From an uncultured bacterium (lineage in GTDB: Bacteria > Auribacterota > Erginobacteria > Erginobacterales > Erginobacteraceae): DNA of 64,000 bases. How positions within the stretch are numbered: position 1 is the stretch's first letter; every line of letters begins with the position of its first letter. The stretch spans positions 48,079-112,078 of the forward strand of contig CAWGIE010000017.1 of NCBI GenBank assembly GCA_963822585.1, written 5' to 3'. The notes beneath the pieces were generated by a model, which had not been told where the DNA came from, did not search any database, and was given only the letters and a program-made list of their open reading frames with translations. Position numbers and translations under genes: made by a program. Below are positions 19,905-30,029 of this stretch, in pieces.

Positions 19905-20246
19905 TTAGCCGAAAATCAATACGCCAATTTTCTGAATGACTTCAGAAAATACGACTTCGGACACTTTACAATGGAAACTCGCGTTCCGGACTCGCCAGTC
20001 CAGACTCTTGACCTGGTCTGAAAGCACGACCCCCTCGACCTTCAGCCCCTTCGGAATGTTCACTTCGAAAGGATAGCCTTTGACCTTCGAGGTAATCGGG
20101 CAGAAAATCGCCAGACCGGTTTTCTCATTGTAAAGGGAAGAGGAGATAACCAGTGCCGGCCTTCTACCCGCCTGTTCGTGTCCGGCCTGAGGAGTGAAGG
20201 TAAGCCAGACCACATCACCGCGATCGGGTACGTAGTCCTTTTTCAT
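19905..20246 (-). CDS. mazF: MazF/PemK endoribonuclease toxin
   Basis: YVPDRGDVVWLTFTPQAGHEQAGRRPALVIS...CPITSKVKGYPFEV...DQVKSLDW. Confidence 0.96.
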   Translation of the reverse strand: MKKDYVPDRGDVVWLTFTPQAGHEQAGRRPALVISSSLYNEKTGLAIFCPITSKVKGYPFEVNIPKGLKVEGVVLSDQVKSLDWRVRNASFHCKVSEVVFSEVIQKIGVLIFG

Positions 20247-20488
20247 TACCAGGACTCCCGTCCGACTGGTTCACCGGTTTCGACTTCGCCGTGAACATTT
20301 TCCGGGGTAATCCGGGCCACAAGTTTTTTGAGATCAAAGTCAGTTTTTCTGGTCGGTTTGGCCACAATCTCCCCGTTAGAAACGGCGATATCGACCAGAG
20401 ATCCTTCCTGGATGTGAGCATCCATAGCCAGGACCTTGGGAATCCTCAGTGCCAGACTGTTCCCCCATTTTTGAATTTTGGTTTGCAT
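20246..20488 (-). CDS. mazE: MazE/AbrB antitoxin
   Basis: MQTKIQKWGNSLALRIPK...ITPENVHGEV...GRESW. GGAGG RBS; TAATG overlap with mazF. Confidence 0.95.
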   Translation of the reverse strand: MQTKIQKWGNSLALRIPKVLAMDAHIQEGSLVDIAVSNGEIVAKPTRKTDFDLKKLVARITPENVHGEVETGEPVGRESW

Positions 20489-20509
20489 GAATAACCTCCG
20501 CGATATCAG

Positions 20510-20528
20510 GTATCTACAATGAAGATAC
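20510..20528. promoter_or_regulatory. Probable mazEF operator palindrome
   Basis: GTATCTACAATGAAGATAC just upstream of mazE. Confidence 0.55.
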
Positions 20529-20580
20529 AATGTTTACCAGGTGGATGCAAGAGAATTTTCAAAGATGGGCAAGAAATAAA

Positions 20581-20614
20581 GCTCCCCCAGGGAAATGCTT
20601 TCCCCTGGGGGAGC
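20581..20614 (-). terminator. GC-rich hairpin, probable terminator
   Basis: GCTCCCCCAGGGAAA...TTTCCCCTGGGGGAGC, followed by TTTATTT on the minus strand. Confidence 0.6.
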
Positions 20615-20616
20615 TA

Positions 20617-20710
20617 ACGGGCATGATCCCGGTTGTTACCGGGAAGCGTGGTTGATCTGGGATTTCATCAAAATCGCCTTCCGGACGGTGAGGGACGGGC
20701 ACCGGAAGAT
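20617..20710. repeat. 94-bp direct repeat, copy 2 (downstream of the HNH pseudogene)
   Basis: See copy 1 at 19773-19866. Confidence 0.92.
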
Positions 20711-20725
20711 ATGTCTTACTCCCGG

Positions 20726-20966
20726 CTAAAACGTCCGGGAATGACAATCCCAGCAAAAAATTTTGCAATTTGAGAGTGTATCACTGCCTGTACTTCGTTA
20801 TAGGGTGAGCCTCCCAACGGCATCTTTCTCCGGCTGTGCTGCCCTTATTGTCCCAAACGAGCTGCTTACCGCATCAGCCAGAATGGCCATGACTACCTCT
20901 CTTACACTCACAGCTTCCACCAGCATACCTCCATGCTTTGGAGACAGCATCTACAGAAAATGCCAT
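20726..20966 (-). pseudogene. Small HNH-endonuclease-like gene, disrupted
   Basis: MAFSVDAVSKAWRYAGGSCEC...G*CGKQLVW...WEAH then, after a frameshift, GSDTLSNCKIFCWDCHSRTF*. Internal TGA at ~20874. Confidence 0.7.
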
Positions 20967-21012
20967 GAGATCGCCACCTTTTTTAGTAATAATCAATAGA
21001 GACTCCCCTGAG

Positions 21013-24000
21013 TTACTTCCGCTGGTGAGGCAACGAAATCGTGGCGAGCACGGGGACAAGCAAGAGCGTAGCGGCGGTCGCGGAGAGCAGCCCCCCGATT
21101 ACGGTTATCGCGAACGGCTGGAAAATCCGCGAACCGACGGCGGGGTTCACCGCGACCGGGATCAAGGCGAAAATCGTGGTCAGGGCCGTCATCAGAATCG
21201 GCCGCAGGCGAACGGAGGCGGCCGACCGCAGTGAATCGGATATAGTCTTTCCGGCCGCCCTCTGCCGATTCGAATAGTCGAGGAGAACGATCGCGTTGTT
21301 AACGGCGATCCCCACCAGCGCCAGGGCCCCCATCCCCACCGAAACGTCCAGCCCGACCTGGGTGATGGCCAAAAGCACGATCGCTCCCACCAGGGCCACG
21401 GGAATGGTAAAGAGAATGATCAAAGGCTGCAGCCAGGAGCGGAACTGCATCGCCATGATCAGGTAGATCAGCATGACGGCGGCCAGTCCGATCAGCCCGA
21501 AGTCCAGGACCGTTCGCTTCATCACCTGGTACTGGCCGGTGAAAGCGATGCTGTAACCATCGGGGAGGGAGATGGCGGAGAACTTCTCCCGGAGCCGGTT
21601 CACGGCGGCCGGGATGCTGCCGTTAACCTCCGCCAGGATGGTGATTTCGCGCTCTCCGTTGAGGCGGGTAACCGCCGCCGGAAGATGGGTGACGCGCACG
21701 CCGGCCACCCGCCCCAACGGAACTATCCGGCCGGAGGGGGTGGGGATGGAGATTCCCTCCAGCCAGTCGAGGGTGACATCCGGAGGGGTGTCGACCTTGA
21801 CCAGGACCGGAATCTCCTGTTGCTGCCGCACGATGGTTGTCGCCTGAACGCCGAATCGAGCGGCCTGGATCGTCGCGAAGACATCGCCGGGGGAAATGCC
21901 GCAGCGCGCCAGTTCGACCGGATCCGGCCGGACGATGATCTGCGGGCTTTTGATCTTTGTGTTGTTGACGATGTTGGCCAGGACGGGGTCCTGAGCCATG
22001 ATCCCCTCCGCCTGGTCCGCCAACGCCACCAGCTCGTTCATGTCGGGGCCGAAGATCGTCACTCCGAACAGCGCCGGCAGACCCGAGAGGCTTTCATCCA
22101 TCTTTTCCTGGGTGGGCTGGTGATACAGGAACGCCACTCCGGGGATCTGTTCGTACTCGCGCCGGAGAGCGGCCATTATCTCAGCCAGGGAGCGGGTCCG
22201 GACTGTACGCGGCTGGAGCTTCATGGTGAGTTCGCCGCGGTTGACGCCCTCGACCTGGAAACCCCGTTCCGGCGATCCGGTCCGCCGATAGACGGTTTCG
22301 ACATCCTCCTGGGACAGCGCCTGGCGTTCAAGTATGTCCCCGACCCGGTCGCTTTCCTTCAGGGACGTGCCCGGCGGCATGATGTATTCGATCAGGATCG
22401 CTCCCTCGTCGATGGCAGGTAAAACGTTCACGGGCCCCAGCCAGGCGGCGAGTCCGCCCAGCCCCAGGAGCAGTATCCCGAGAAGAATCGTCAACCCTCG
22501 GCGAGCAAAGGTAAAACCCAGCACCCGCTGGAGACCGCCGTCGAGCCGGGCGAGCAGCCGCGAACCCAGTGCGCGCCGGGGGCCCATCAATCCCAGGTGT
22601 CCGAACATCATCGGCACGAAAGTCAGGGATACGGCGAGGGAGACCAGCAACGCGATGCTGACGACCAGCCCGAACGGCCGGGCAAAAAGCCCCGCTATGC
22701 CGCCCAGGAAGAGCAGAGGTGCAAAGGCCGCCACCGTGGTGAACGTTCCGGAGGCATCCGGCCCCGCGATCTCCAGCGCCCCGTCAATGGTGGCGGTCCG
22801 CCGGTTTTTCCCCGGCTGGAGGTGGCGCACGACATTTTCCGCCACCACAATCGCGTCATCGACTACCATGCCGACCGCCAGGGTCAGCGCCGAAAGAGTG
22901 ATCACGTTGAGCGTCTGGCCGAATGCCTGCATCAACGCCAACGCCGCCAGCAGCGTGATGGGAATAGTCGCGGTGACGATCAAGGTCGCCCGAAATGTCC
23001 CCATGAAGAAAAAGAGCACCGCCGTGGCGAGGATGGCGCCGACGATCAGATCGTAAAAGAGGGAATCACGGGCTTCGGTTACGATATCGGCCTGGTCGTA
23101 AAATTTTCTGACCTGGGCCCCCGGCGGCAGGAGCGCCTGGAGTTTCTCCAGTTCCCGATCGATGCCGCGGACGACGTCGATCGTACTGGCGTCGGGCTGC
23201 TTGCTCACGATGACCGCCACCGCCGGCAACCCATTGCCATGAACCTGGTAGTGCCGCGGAGCCAGGCCGGATCGGACCACGGCGATATCATTTATGAAGA
23301 CGGAGGCGGCGCCGTCGGAAATCACCGGGACGGCGAGAACGTCTTCGAGGGTCCGCAGCCGGCTGTCGCCGCGAATCGGATACTCCCGCGACCCTCGGTC
23401 AATGAAATCCGCCGGGACCGCCTGGTTGTACCGGGCCAGGGCGGCGGCCACATCACTTATGGTCAGGTGTTCCCGCGGTAACGCTGCCGGCCGGAGCTGG
23501 ACTATAAACGCCGGCACGTCGCCGCCCAGGACCTCGACGCGGGATACCCCGTCCACGCTCATCAGCCGGCTGGCCAGGGTCATCTGCGCTATCGTGCGAA
23601 GATCCACCGGGCTCCCGCCCCCGTAAACCACGTAGCCGGCGACCTCTTGAAGAGTGGTGCCGATGTTCTCCAGGCGCGGTTTGACTCCGGCCGGCAGATC
23701 CCCCTGTATGGAGGATAGCTCCGCCTGGACGAGCTGGCGGGCGTCGGTCAGCCGGGTGCCCCAGACAAACTCGGCCGTAATCTGCGAGAGTCCCTCGATG
23801 GAGGTGGAGGATACGCGGTGGACGCCGGGAATTGTCCGGATCCGCTCCTCGATCGGGCGGGTGATGAGCAGCTCCATGTCCTCGGCGGCCGTGCCGGGGT
23901 AGTGGGAGATAGCGTTCACTACCGGCACGTCCAGCCCGGGAAACAGACCCACCGGCAAATGAAGGAGAGCAAAGGCCCCTCCCCAGACCGCGATCAATAC

Positions 24001-24054
24001 CATCAGGATGACCGCGATCGGGTTGACAATGGCCAGTTGGAGGAACTTGCGCAT
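21013..24054 (-). CDS. RND efflux permease (AcrB/CusA family)
   Basis: 1013 aa; GMVVDDAIVVAEN, RLRPILMT, VIGGL motifs. Confidence 0.96.
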   Translation of the reverse strand: MRKFLQLAIVNPIAVILMVLIAVWGGAFALLHLPVGLFPGLDVPVVNAISHYPGTAAEDMELLITRPIEERIRTIPGVHRVSSTSIEGLSQITAEFVWGTRLTDARQLVQAELSSIQGDLPAGVKPRLENIGTTLQEVAGYVVYGGGSPVDLRTIAQMTLASRLMSVDGVSRVEVLGGDVPAFIVQLRPAALPREHLTISDVAAALARYNQAVPADFIDRGSREYPIRGDSRLRTLEDVLAVPVISDGAASVFINDIAVVRSGLAPRHYQVHGNGLPAVAVIVSKQPDASTIDVVRGIDRELEKLQALLPPGAQVRKFYDQADIVTEARDSLFYDLIVGAILATAVLFFFMGTFRATLIVTATIPITLLAALALMQAFGQTLNVITLSALTLAVGMVVDDAIVVAENVVRHLQPGKNRRTATIDGALEIAGPDASGTFTTVAAFAPLLFLGGIAGLFARPFGLVVSIALLVSLAVSLTFVPMMFGHLGLMGPRRALGSRLLARLDGGLQRVLGFTFARRGLTILLGILLLGLGGLAAWLGPVNVLPAIDEGAILIEYIMPPGTSLKESDRVGDILERQALSQEDVETVYRRTGSPERGFQVEGVNRGELTMKLQPRTVRTRSLAEIMAALRREYEQIPGVAFLYHQPTQEKMDESLSGLPALFGVTIFGPDMNELVALADQAEGIMAQDPVLANIVNNTKIKSPQIIVRPDPVELARCGISPGDVFATIQAARFGVQATTIVRQQQEIPVLVKVDTPPDVTLDWLEGISIPTPSGRIVPLGRVAGVRVTHLPAAVTRLNGEREITILAEVNGSIPAAVNRLREKFSAISLPDGYSIAFTGQYQVMKRTVLDFGLIGLAAVMLIYLIMAMQFRSWLQPLIILFTIPVALVGAIVLLAITQVGLDVSVGMGALALVGIAVNNAIVLLDYSNRQRAAGKTISDSLRSAASVRLRPILMTALTTIFALIPVAVNPAVGSRIFQPFAITVIGGLLSATAATLLLVPVLATISLPHQRK

Positions 24055-24057
24055 GGG

Positions 24058-25158
24058 TCAGTCCTGGACCTTGAACTCCTGGTTGAACCGGCGGTAGAAA
24101 AGTTCATACGCGCCCCGGGTGACCACGGATTGGTTTGGTTCCAACCCCGACCGGACCTCGACCCAGCCGTCCTGCATCAGTCCCAGCCGAACGCTGACCG
24201 GTTCGTAGGCGCCGTCTTTCTCGACGAAAAGATAGGGGTGTTCCTCCGGGTCATAGACGATCGCGGACTCCGGCACCGCCAGGCTCTCCGGCCCGGCTTC
24301 GACGACCAGGCTCCCCCCCACGGTCTGGCCGGGGCGGAGTTGCCGGTCGATTTGCGGCCCTTCGATCCAGACTTGCACCGCGCCCGTGCTGCCGGCCCGG
24401 GGGAGAACGCTCTGGACCAAACCCGTCAGGCTCCGGCTGTCGTCCAGGCGGATGGTGGCCTCCTTCCCTTTAAGCTCGATCTCTTCCGGCGGGAAGATGG
24501 AAGCCTCGATCAGGAGATGGCCGGGATCGACAATTTCGCCGATGACCTGCCCGGCCGCGACCTCCGCGCCCTCGACGGTTTGCCGGTTGGTGAAGATCCC
24601 GCTGATGGGCGCGACGATGGAGGCTTGTTGCTCAAAAGTCTCCAGGTTCAGCCGGGCTTCGCGGAGTTGGGCCTGGAGGCTGATTTCCAGGTCCTCGGCT
24701 TGGGCCACCTGATTTTTGGTCGCCAGTTGCGTCTCCAAATTCTGTTGGAGCCGTTCCACCGTCCGGCGGGAAAGCTCGAGCCGGGATTCCAGGGCCGTGA
24801 CCTCGGTGGCCAGCCGGGCCCGTTGTCCTTCAACCAGAGGTCCCCCCAGCCGGGCCACCAGCTTGCCTTTCTCGATGGGGGCATGGTCGACGGCCTCGAT
24901 GGATTCGATCCGGCCGGCCACCAGTGCGGGCAACTCCACCGAGGCCCGGGATTGCACGGCGCCGATCCAGGGCAGACGAAGAAGGAATACGCGCGTGGTC
25001 GGCACGGCGGTGGTCAGCAGCGGGGGGATGGCCGGCAGTGTCTTGGCAGCTGCCTCTTTCTCCCCGTCCGCCCCGCGAGTTGTCGAGGACCAGCAGGTCA
25101 GGGCCAGGCCGGCGAACGCAACGGCCAGAACCAAAGCGATACCGTGCTTAACCTTCAT
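24058..25158 (-). CDS. RND periplasmic adaptor (MFP)
   Basis: IVAPISG, LRPGQ, LAVPESAI, VEVRSGL...VVTRGA. Confidence 0.92.
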   Translation of the reverse strand: MKVKHGIALVLAVAFAGLALTCWSSTTRGADGEKEAAAKTLPAIPPLLTTAVPTTRVFLLRLPWIGAVQSRASVELPALVAGRIESIEAVDHAPIEKGKLVARLGGPLVEGQRARLATEVTALESRLELSRRTVERLQQNLETQLATKNQVAQAEDLEISLQAQLREARLNLETFEQQASIVAPISGIFTNRQTVEGAEVAAGQVIGEIVDPGHLLIEASIFPPEEIELKGKEATIRLDDSRSLTGLVQSVLPRAGSTGAVQVWIEGPQIDRQLRPGQTVGGSLVVEAGPESLAVPESAIVYDPEEHPYLFVEKDGAYEPVSVRLGLMQDGWVEVRSGLEPNQSVVTRGAYELFYRRFNQEFKVQD

Positions 25159-26588
25159 GGGGTTTCCCCTTCTTTGGGCGCCGTTGGCGCGGTTACCGGC
25201 AACCGGCCCGATCCCGGAATCTCATAGAAGCCGGCTGCCAGTTCGAGAGCTACCACGGCCTGGGCCAATTGTCCTTTCAGGGCAAAGACTTTCATCCGCG
25301 CGGCGGCCAGGTCGTTTTCGGCCGTGGAATAGGTCAGGGCATCGATTCGCCCATCGGCCAGGGCGGGGCGGTAGCTTTCCAGCAGCTCTTTCAGATCGGT
25401 TTCAGCGGCCCGGGCCACGGAGATCTGCGCGTTAGTAAAGTGGATCCCGGAGAGGATCAGTTCGATATCCGAACGGGCCGCGAAAACCCGGTTCATATAC
25501 TCATCGAAAAGTTTTTGCCGGGTGGCCCGCTCCAGGGCGATCTTTCCCTGTTTGCGATTGAAGAACGGCAGTTCTATGCCGAGGGCGAAACCGGTGGTCT
25601 GGATGCTGTCCGTATCCCGGCTGATCGTCGGCCCGAGGTTGATTTTCGGGAATTGATCCAGGATGGCCACCCGGACCGATTCCTCCTGACTGTCGTAGCC
25701 GCGTCGCAGAGCGAGGAGGTCCAATCGCCTTTGTTCCAACCCCTCAAGCAACGTCGGGCCGGCGGGCGGTTCTACCGGGTCCGGCAGATCGATATCCGGA
25801 CTCAAGCTGATCGGCGAGTCGGGCGGCACCCCCAGCAGTTGCTTGAGCTGCAGACGAAGACGATCGGCCTGCTGCTCCAGGTCGAGGAGATTTTCGTCTG
25901 CCCGGCGGCTTTCGGTTCGGGCGGCATTGAGAGCGGCGGACGTCATGGAACCGTCCGCGACGGCTTTCTGAATTTGCGCCACGGTTCGGGACAGGCCTCG
26001 GCTGGCCTCTTCAGCCAGGGGAATCCGGTTTTGCAGGCTGACCAGCTGATAAACCGCGGTCTTGGCCGCCTGGGCGACCTGCCACTCCTGCCAGCCGACA
26101 TCCAGGGCGAGCGCCTCGTTTTGCGCCCCGGCGGCGCCATTTTTTGCCGCCTGAGAGATCAGCGAGGTGACATCCCAGGACACCCCCAGGCCATAGGCGG
26201 TTACCCTTCCCGCCGTGGGGCCGGCCGTAGGCACACCCAGGGTGTAAATCAGTTCCGGATTGGGCAATAGTCCGGCGTCGAGAAGTTGAGCGCTCAATAA
26301 ATCCTTTTGATCCCGGATCGTACGGAGGGAAGGGTTCAAGAGGACCGCGAGCACGGCCGCGCTATCGGGGGAAAGCCCCTCGTCCGGATTCAATTCCACC
26401 GACTGGAGGATGGGGTGGTCGATCTCGCTTGCCGGAATACGCAACTCTGCCATGTCGGGGGGCTGCTGCGCGGCATAAACGGCGGCAGGGGTAAGCGGCA
26501 TCGGATGATACGCAGAACAACCGCCGATCAGGAGTACTATGCTAACGCTTCCAATAAAGGAGACTTTCCACAACCGGGGTGATGCCAT
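25155..26588 (-). CDS. TolC-family outer-membrane efflux lipoprotein
   Basis: Lipobox-like IGGC, AGLLPNPEL, RRLDL, IELPFFNRKQG; first gene of the OMF-MFP-RND operon. Start uncertain. Confidence 0.88.
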   Translation of the reverse strand: MASPRLWKVSFIGSVSIVLLIGGCSAYHPMPLTPAAVYAAQQPPDMAELRIPASEIDHPILQSVELNPDEGLSPDSAAVLAVLLNPSLRTIRDQKDLLSAQLLDAGLLPNPELIYTLGVPTAGPTAGRVTAYGLGVSWDVTSLISQAAKNGAAGAQNEALALDVGWQEWQVAQAAKTAVYQLVSLQNRIPLAEEASRGLSRTVAQIQKAVADGSMTSAALNAARTESRRADENLLDLEQQADRLRLQLKQLLGVPPDSPISLSPDIDLPDPVEPPAGPTLLEGLEQRRLDLLALRRGYDSQEESVRVAILDQFPKINLGPTISRDTDSIQTTGFALGIELPFFNRKQGKIALERATRQKLFDEYMNRVFAARSDIELILSGIHFTNAQISVARAAETDLKELLESYRPALADGRIDALTYSTAENDLAAARMKVFALKGQLAQAVVALELAAGFYEIPGSGRLPVTAPTAPKEGETP

Positions 26589-27102
26589 ACCGGCGGAACT
26601 CAGGGATGAACCAAGAGTTAACGAATGCCGCTCTTCCTTCCCGTGGCGCGCCTGGAAGCATCGTTTTTTCAATACTTCTCTCCTGAGTTTCCCCTGCAAA
26701 ACGGCGGACATGACCTTCGTTTTGGACGCCGTAAAGCGCGGTTTTTAAACATAACGGTCACTTCTATTGTTCGCCGTTGCGGCGTCAGATGCAAGTTATA
26801 TTTCAGGGGGGGGCAAACGTCGTCCTGATCCGTGGTGCCCGATCAGAACCACTTTCTTCGGGCGAATGGGCGACCGGGATCCGGCAGCAGATTTTTATAG
26901 TGGCATTTCCTCTTTTTTCGGTGTATATATTATTTTTTGTTTCGGAAGTTCACTATTGTCCTTCCGGAGAAGGAAAAGGAGAATGCTGTAACCGCATAAA
27001 CCAGATTTCTATTCATAAATACATTGAGCAACAATGAGTAAACCGGAATTTAATGGAAATCTTTAATTTTCATGAATATCCCGGGTTAAGGAGAAACATC
27101 GG

Positions 27103-28068
27103 ATGCCCGATCAGAAGGAACTCACCTTAAAAGATTATATGCGCGTTCTCCGGAAACGGCGGAAGCTGATCATCGGAGGGACGCTTCTCTGTCTGGCGGC
27201 GGCGGGCGCCGTCACCCTGATTATGCCCCGGCTCTATCAATCCCAGCTGATTCTGGAGGTGGGAAAAATCTATCTCCCCCCGGCCAAGGAGAAGCCGAAG
27301 CAGGAGATCGAATTCCTGGAGGAGCCCGACGCCACCGCCGAGATCATCCGCAGCGAGGCCGTCCTCTCCCGGGTCCGGGACCAGCTGGGACTGGATGAGC
27401 CGCTGGAAGAGATGCGCAAGCACCTGGAGACCGTCACCTTCCTGGAAGACGTCAGCCCGACCAAGATGGGGTCTCCCCTGGTAGAGGTCATCTACCAGGA
27501 CAACCCGCCCCAAACCGTCGTCGACGTGCTCAACGGGCTGGCCCGGATCGTCATCGAGCAGCACCAGAAAAGGTATCTTGATACCATCGACGCTCTGAAA
27601 AGCCGGGTCGTCAACCTGGAGGAAAAAATCACCGGACTGCAGGAGGTGGTCGACCGACAGCTGGAATTGCGCAAGAACATCCTCCAGCGGATCGAACTGC
27701 TCACGGGAAAGATCTCCGATTTTGACGACAAGGTGGACAAACGGGGCGCGGAAGGAAGCCAGGCGGAGGCGTTCTTCATCGATTCCTACGCCAGCAACCA
27801 GGAGAGAATCATCAGCGTCCTCAACGAGGCGATGACCGAGATCGATACTTCCGTGGCCGAGAACGGGGAGAAGATCGGGGATTTCAAGGACGAGATCGCC
27901 AATCTCCGCAACCTGGCCGACCTCTGCCAGCAGACCCGCGTCCGGAGCCAGCCGGTCGTCCCCGAGAAGCCGATCAAGCCCCGGCCGGCACTCAACCTGG
28001 CGATCGGCCTCCTGGTCGGTTTGCTCCTGACGCTCTCCATCGCCTTCTTCAAAGAGAACATGGAATAA
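27103..28068 (+). CDS. wzz: Wzz-type polysaccharide chain-length determinant
   Basis: ELTLKDYMRVL, TM, PRLYQS, coiled coil, PEKPIKPRPALNLAIG, TM. Confidence 0.88.
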   Translation: MPDQKELTLKDYMRVLRKRRKLIIGGTLLCLAAAGAVTLIMPRLYQSQLILEVGKIYLPPAKEKPKQEIEFLEEPDATAEIIRSEAVLSRVRDQLGLDEPLEEMRKHLETVTFLEDVSPTKMGSPLVEVIYQDNPPQTVVDVLNGLARIVIEQHQKRYLDTIDALKSRVVNLEEKITGLQEVVDRQLELRKNILQRIELLTGKISDFDDKVDKRGAEGSQAEAFFIDSYASNQERIISVLNEAMTEIDTSVAENGEKIGDFKDEIANLRNLADLCQQTRVRSQPVVPEKPIKPRPALNLAIGLLVGLLLTLSIAFFKENME

Positions 28069-28094
28069 TTTCACCACTTCGGAATTTCAAGAAA

Positions 28095-28150
28095 CCGCGG
28101 ATTAAACTGATTAAGCGGATTATTTCATTTAATCAGCAAAATCAGCGGTT
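28095..28150. repeat. Palindrome with ~9-bp GATTA units
   Basis: CCGCGGATTAAACTGATTAAGCGGATT...TTAATCAGCAAAATCAGCGG. Related half elements at ~3221-3248 and ~38470-38520. Confidence 0.6.
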
Positions 28151-28204
28151 GAATAAGTTGCGAAGTTATCTCTTTACCCGCGAAAATAAAAGGAAATCAA
28201 TACT

Positions 28205-30019
28205 ATGCCCGGAATCAACCTGCTCGTCGGCAACGCCGGGGGAGAGGAAACGCTGGAAGCTCTTCTTCTGGCCGCCCAGGAGACGATTCTTCCCCTCCCC
28301 GATTATCGGAGTGAAACGTTATTCTCCTCGGACCGGTTTTGCGCCGGAGTCACCCGCTATCCCGCCTATCCCGTCCGGGTAATTGAATCCGGTGAAACGC
28401 TGATTATTTTCGAAGGCCGGATATACAGCAAGAGCACGCCGGAGGTGGAGAGCGATCTCATCCGCCTGGCCGGGGTTCTCGCCCGCGGCGAAGAAAACGC
28501 GGGCGAGACGCTCGGCCAATGGCTCCGGAGCGTCGACGGAGATTTCATCGCCGTCGTCTGGGATCGTACCCGGCAACGGCTCTTTCTCTTCAATGACGCC
28601 CTGGGGCGGCTCCCGGTCTACTATTCCCGGAACGGGAACCTGGCCGCGGTCTCGCGCAGAGCGGCCTTCTGCGTTCATTTCACCGGTCAGCCGGCCGCCG
28701 ACCGGCGGGGACTGGCCGAGACGCTGCTCCTCGGATTCCCCCTGGGGAAGCGGACGCTGGTGGAGGGCGTCTCCCGCCTCTCTCCGGGGACCCTGCTTAC
28801 CGTTGAAGGGGATAAACCCGAGATCTCGCGCCAGCCGGTATGCTCGTTCAATTTCGACCGGAAAGACCAGACCGGAAAGACCTATGAACGCATGGCCGGG
28901 GAACTGGAAGACCTGTTCCTGAACGCCTGCCGGGCACGGGCCGGAGAGGGAGACGGCCAAGCCGCCGTGGTCGCTTTAAGCGGCGGGTTGGACTCGCGGG
29001 CGGTGGCGGCGGGACTCAAAAAGACCGGGGTGAAAGCCGTTGGGGCCACCTTCCTCGACTTCGCCCGGGAGCGGGAACCGGATGCCACCCTGGCCGGACG
29101 GATCGCGGACGCCCTGGAGATGCCCTGGCGGCTCTTCGATCTGAAAAAGCCGGACGGGGACGACTGCCTGCTGATGATAGCCCTGAAAGACGGCCTCTGC
29201 AGCACCGGCATGAGTTTCATCCTCGATTTCTTCCGGCAGATCAAGGAGACGTACGGGCCGGACCTGATCCATTTTACCGGGGACGAGGGAAATATCCTGC
29301 TCCCGGACATGCGCCCCCCCCAGAAGCTCCGTGCCATCGACGACCTGGTCGACTGCATCATCAGCAATAACGCCTGGCTCACCCTGGAACAGGTCCGGGA
29401 ACTGACGGGTTTCGAGCCCGAAGAAATGCGGGGTGAAATCCGGCGCCGGGTGGAAGGGTATCCCGAGAAGGACCTCTCCCAAAAATACATTCACTTCATC
29501 ATCTTCGAGCACTGCTTCAAACTGCAGTTCGAGGGGGAGGAGAAAAGCCGCAGTTACTTCTGGACGGTAGCTCCCTACTATTCTCTCTTCGTTTTCGACT
29601 ACCTGATGAACGTGCCCGACGACCGCAAGCGTTACCACCGGCTCTACGATCACTTCCTGCGCCGGCTGTCGCCGGAAATCGCCGGGATCGACAATGTCGG
29701 CTCGTTGGCAGTTCCGCTGCATTCGCCGCGACGCTACCTCTATCTGAAAGCCCGGGAACTCTTCTCACTCCTTCCCGCCTCCCTGAAGATCCGGATCAGG
29801 GCCCGGGCCCGCAAGCCCTATGTCAGCAAGAAGATCGATGAATCAATCCGCCGCCGCGCGCTGGAGACACTCTCCGGGAGCCGGCTCCCGGCCCGTTATC
29901 TGGACCCCGCGGCAACCCGGGCTTTGCTCGGCGGCAGCCTGGATAAGGCCCAGTTCGATATCCTGACCACCATCATCCTCTACCTGGATTCTCTGGAAAC
30001 CGCGCCAGCGGCATCCTGA
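28205..30019 (+). CDS. Asparagine-synthase-related (AsnB-like) protein
   Basis: FNDALGRLPVYY, ALSGGLDSR, TGDEG. The N-terminus is MPGI rather than MCGI. Confidence 0.88.
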   Translation: MPGINLLVGNAGGEETLEALLLAAQETILPLPDYRSETLFSSDRFCAGVTRYPAYPVRVIESGETLIIFEGRIYSKSTPEVESDLIRLAGVLARGEENAGETLGQWLRSVDGDFIAVVWDRTRQRLFLFNDALGRLPVYYSRNGNLAAVSRRAAFCVHFTGQPAADRRGLAETLLLGFPLGKRTLVEGVSRLSPGTLLTVEGDKPEISRQPVCSFNFDRKDQTGKTYERMAGELEDLFLNACRARAGEGDGQAAVVALSGGLDSRAVAAGLKKTGVKAVGATFLDFAREREPDATLAGRIADALEMPWRLFDLKKPDGDDCLLMIALKDGLCSTGMSFILDFFRQIKETYGPDLIHFTGDEGNILLPDMRPPQKLRAIDDLVDCIISNNAWLTLEQVRELTGFEPEEMRGEIRRRVEGYPEKDLSQKYIHFIIFEHCFKLQFEGEEKSRSYFWTVAPYYSLFVFDYLMNVPDDRKRYHRLYDHFLRRLSPEIAGIDNVGSLAVPLHSPRRYLYLKARELFSLLPASLKIRIRARARKPYVSKKIDESIRRRALETLSGSRLPARYLDPAATRALLGGSLDKAQFDILTTIILYLDSLETAPAAS

Positions 30020-30029
30020 TCCTCCGAGT

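Noticed and set aside
19773..20710. Direct repeats as a CRISPR array, tRNA att site or known riboswitch
   Set aside because: Only two 94-bp copies separated by genes; no cas genes, tRNA cloverleaf or riboswitch consensus I could recognise.
20874..20876. In-frame TGA as selenocysteine or recoding
   Set aside because: The same gene also has a frameshift and TGA is used as a normal stop elsewhere in the window; a CGA-to-TGA mutation is simpler.
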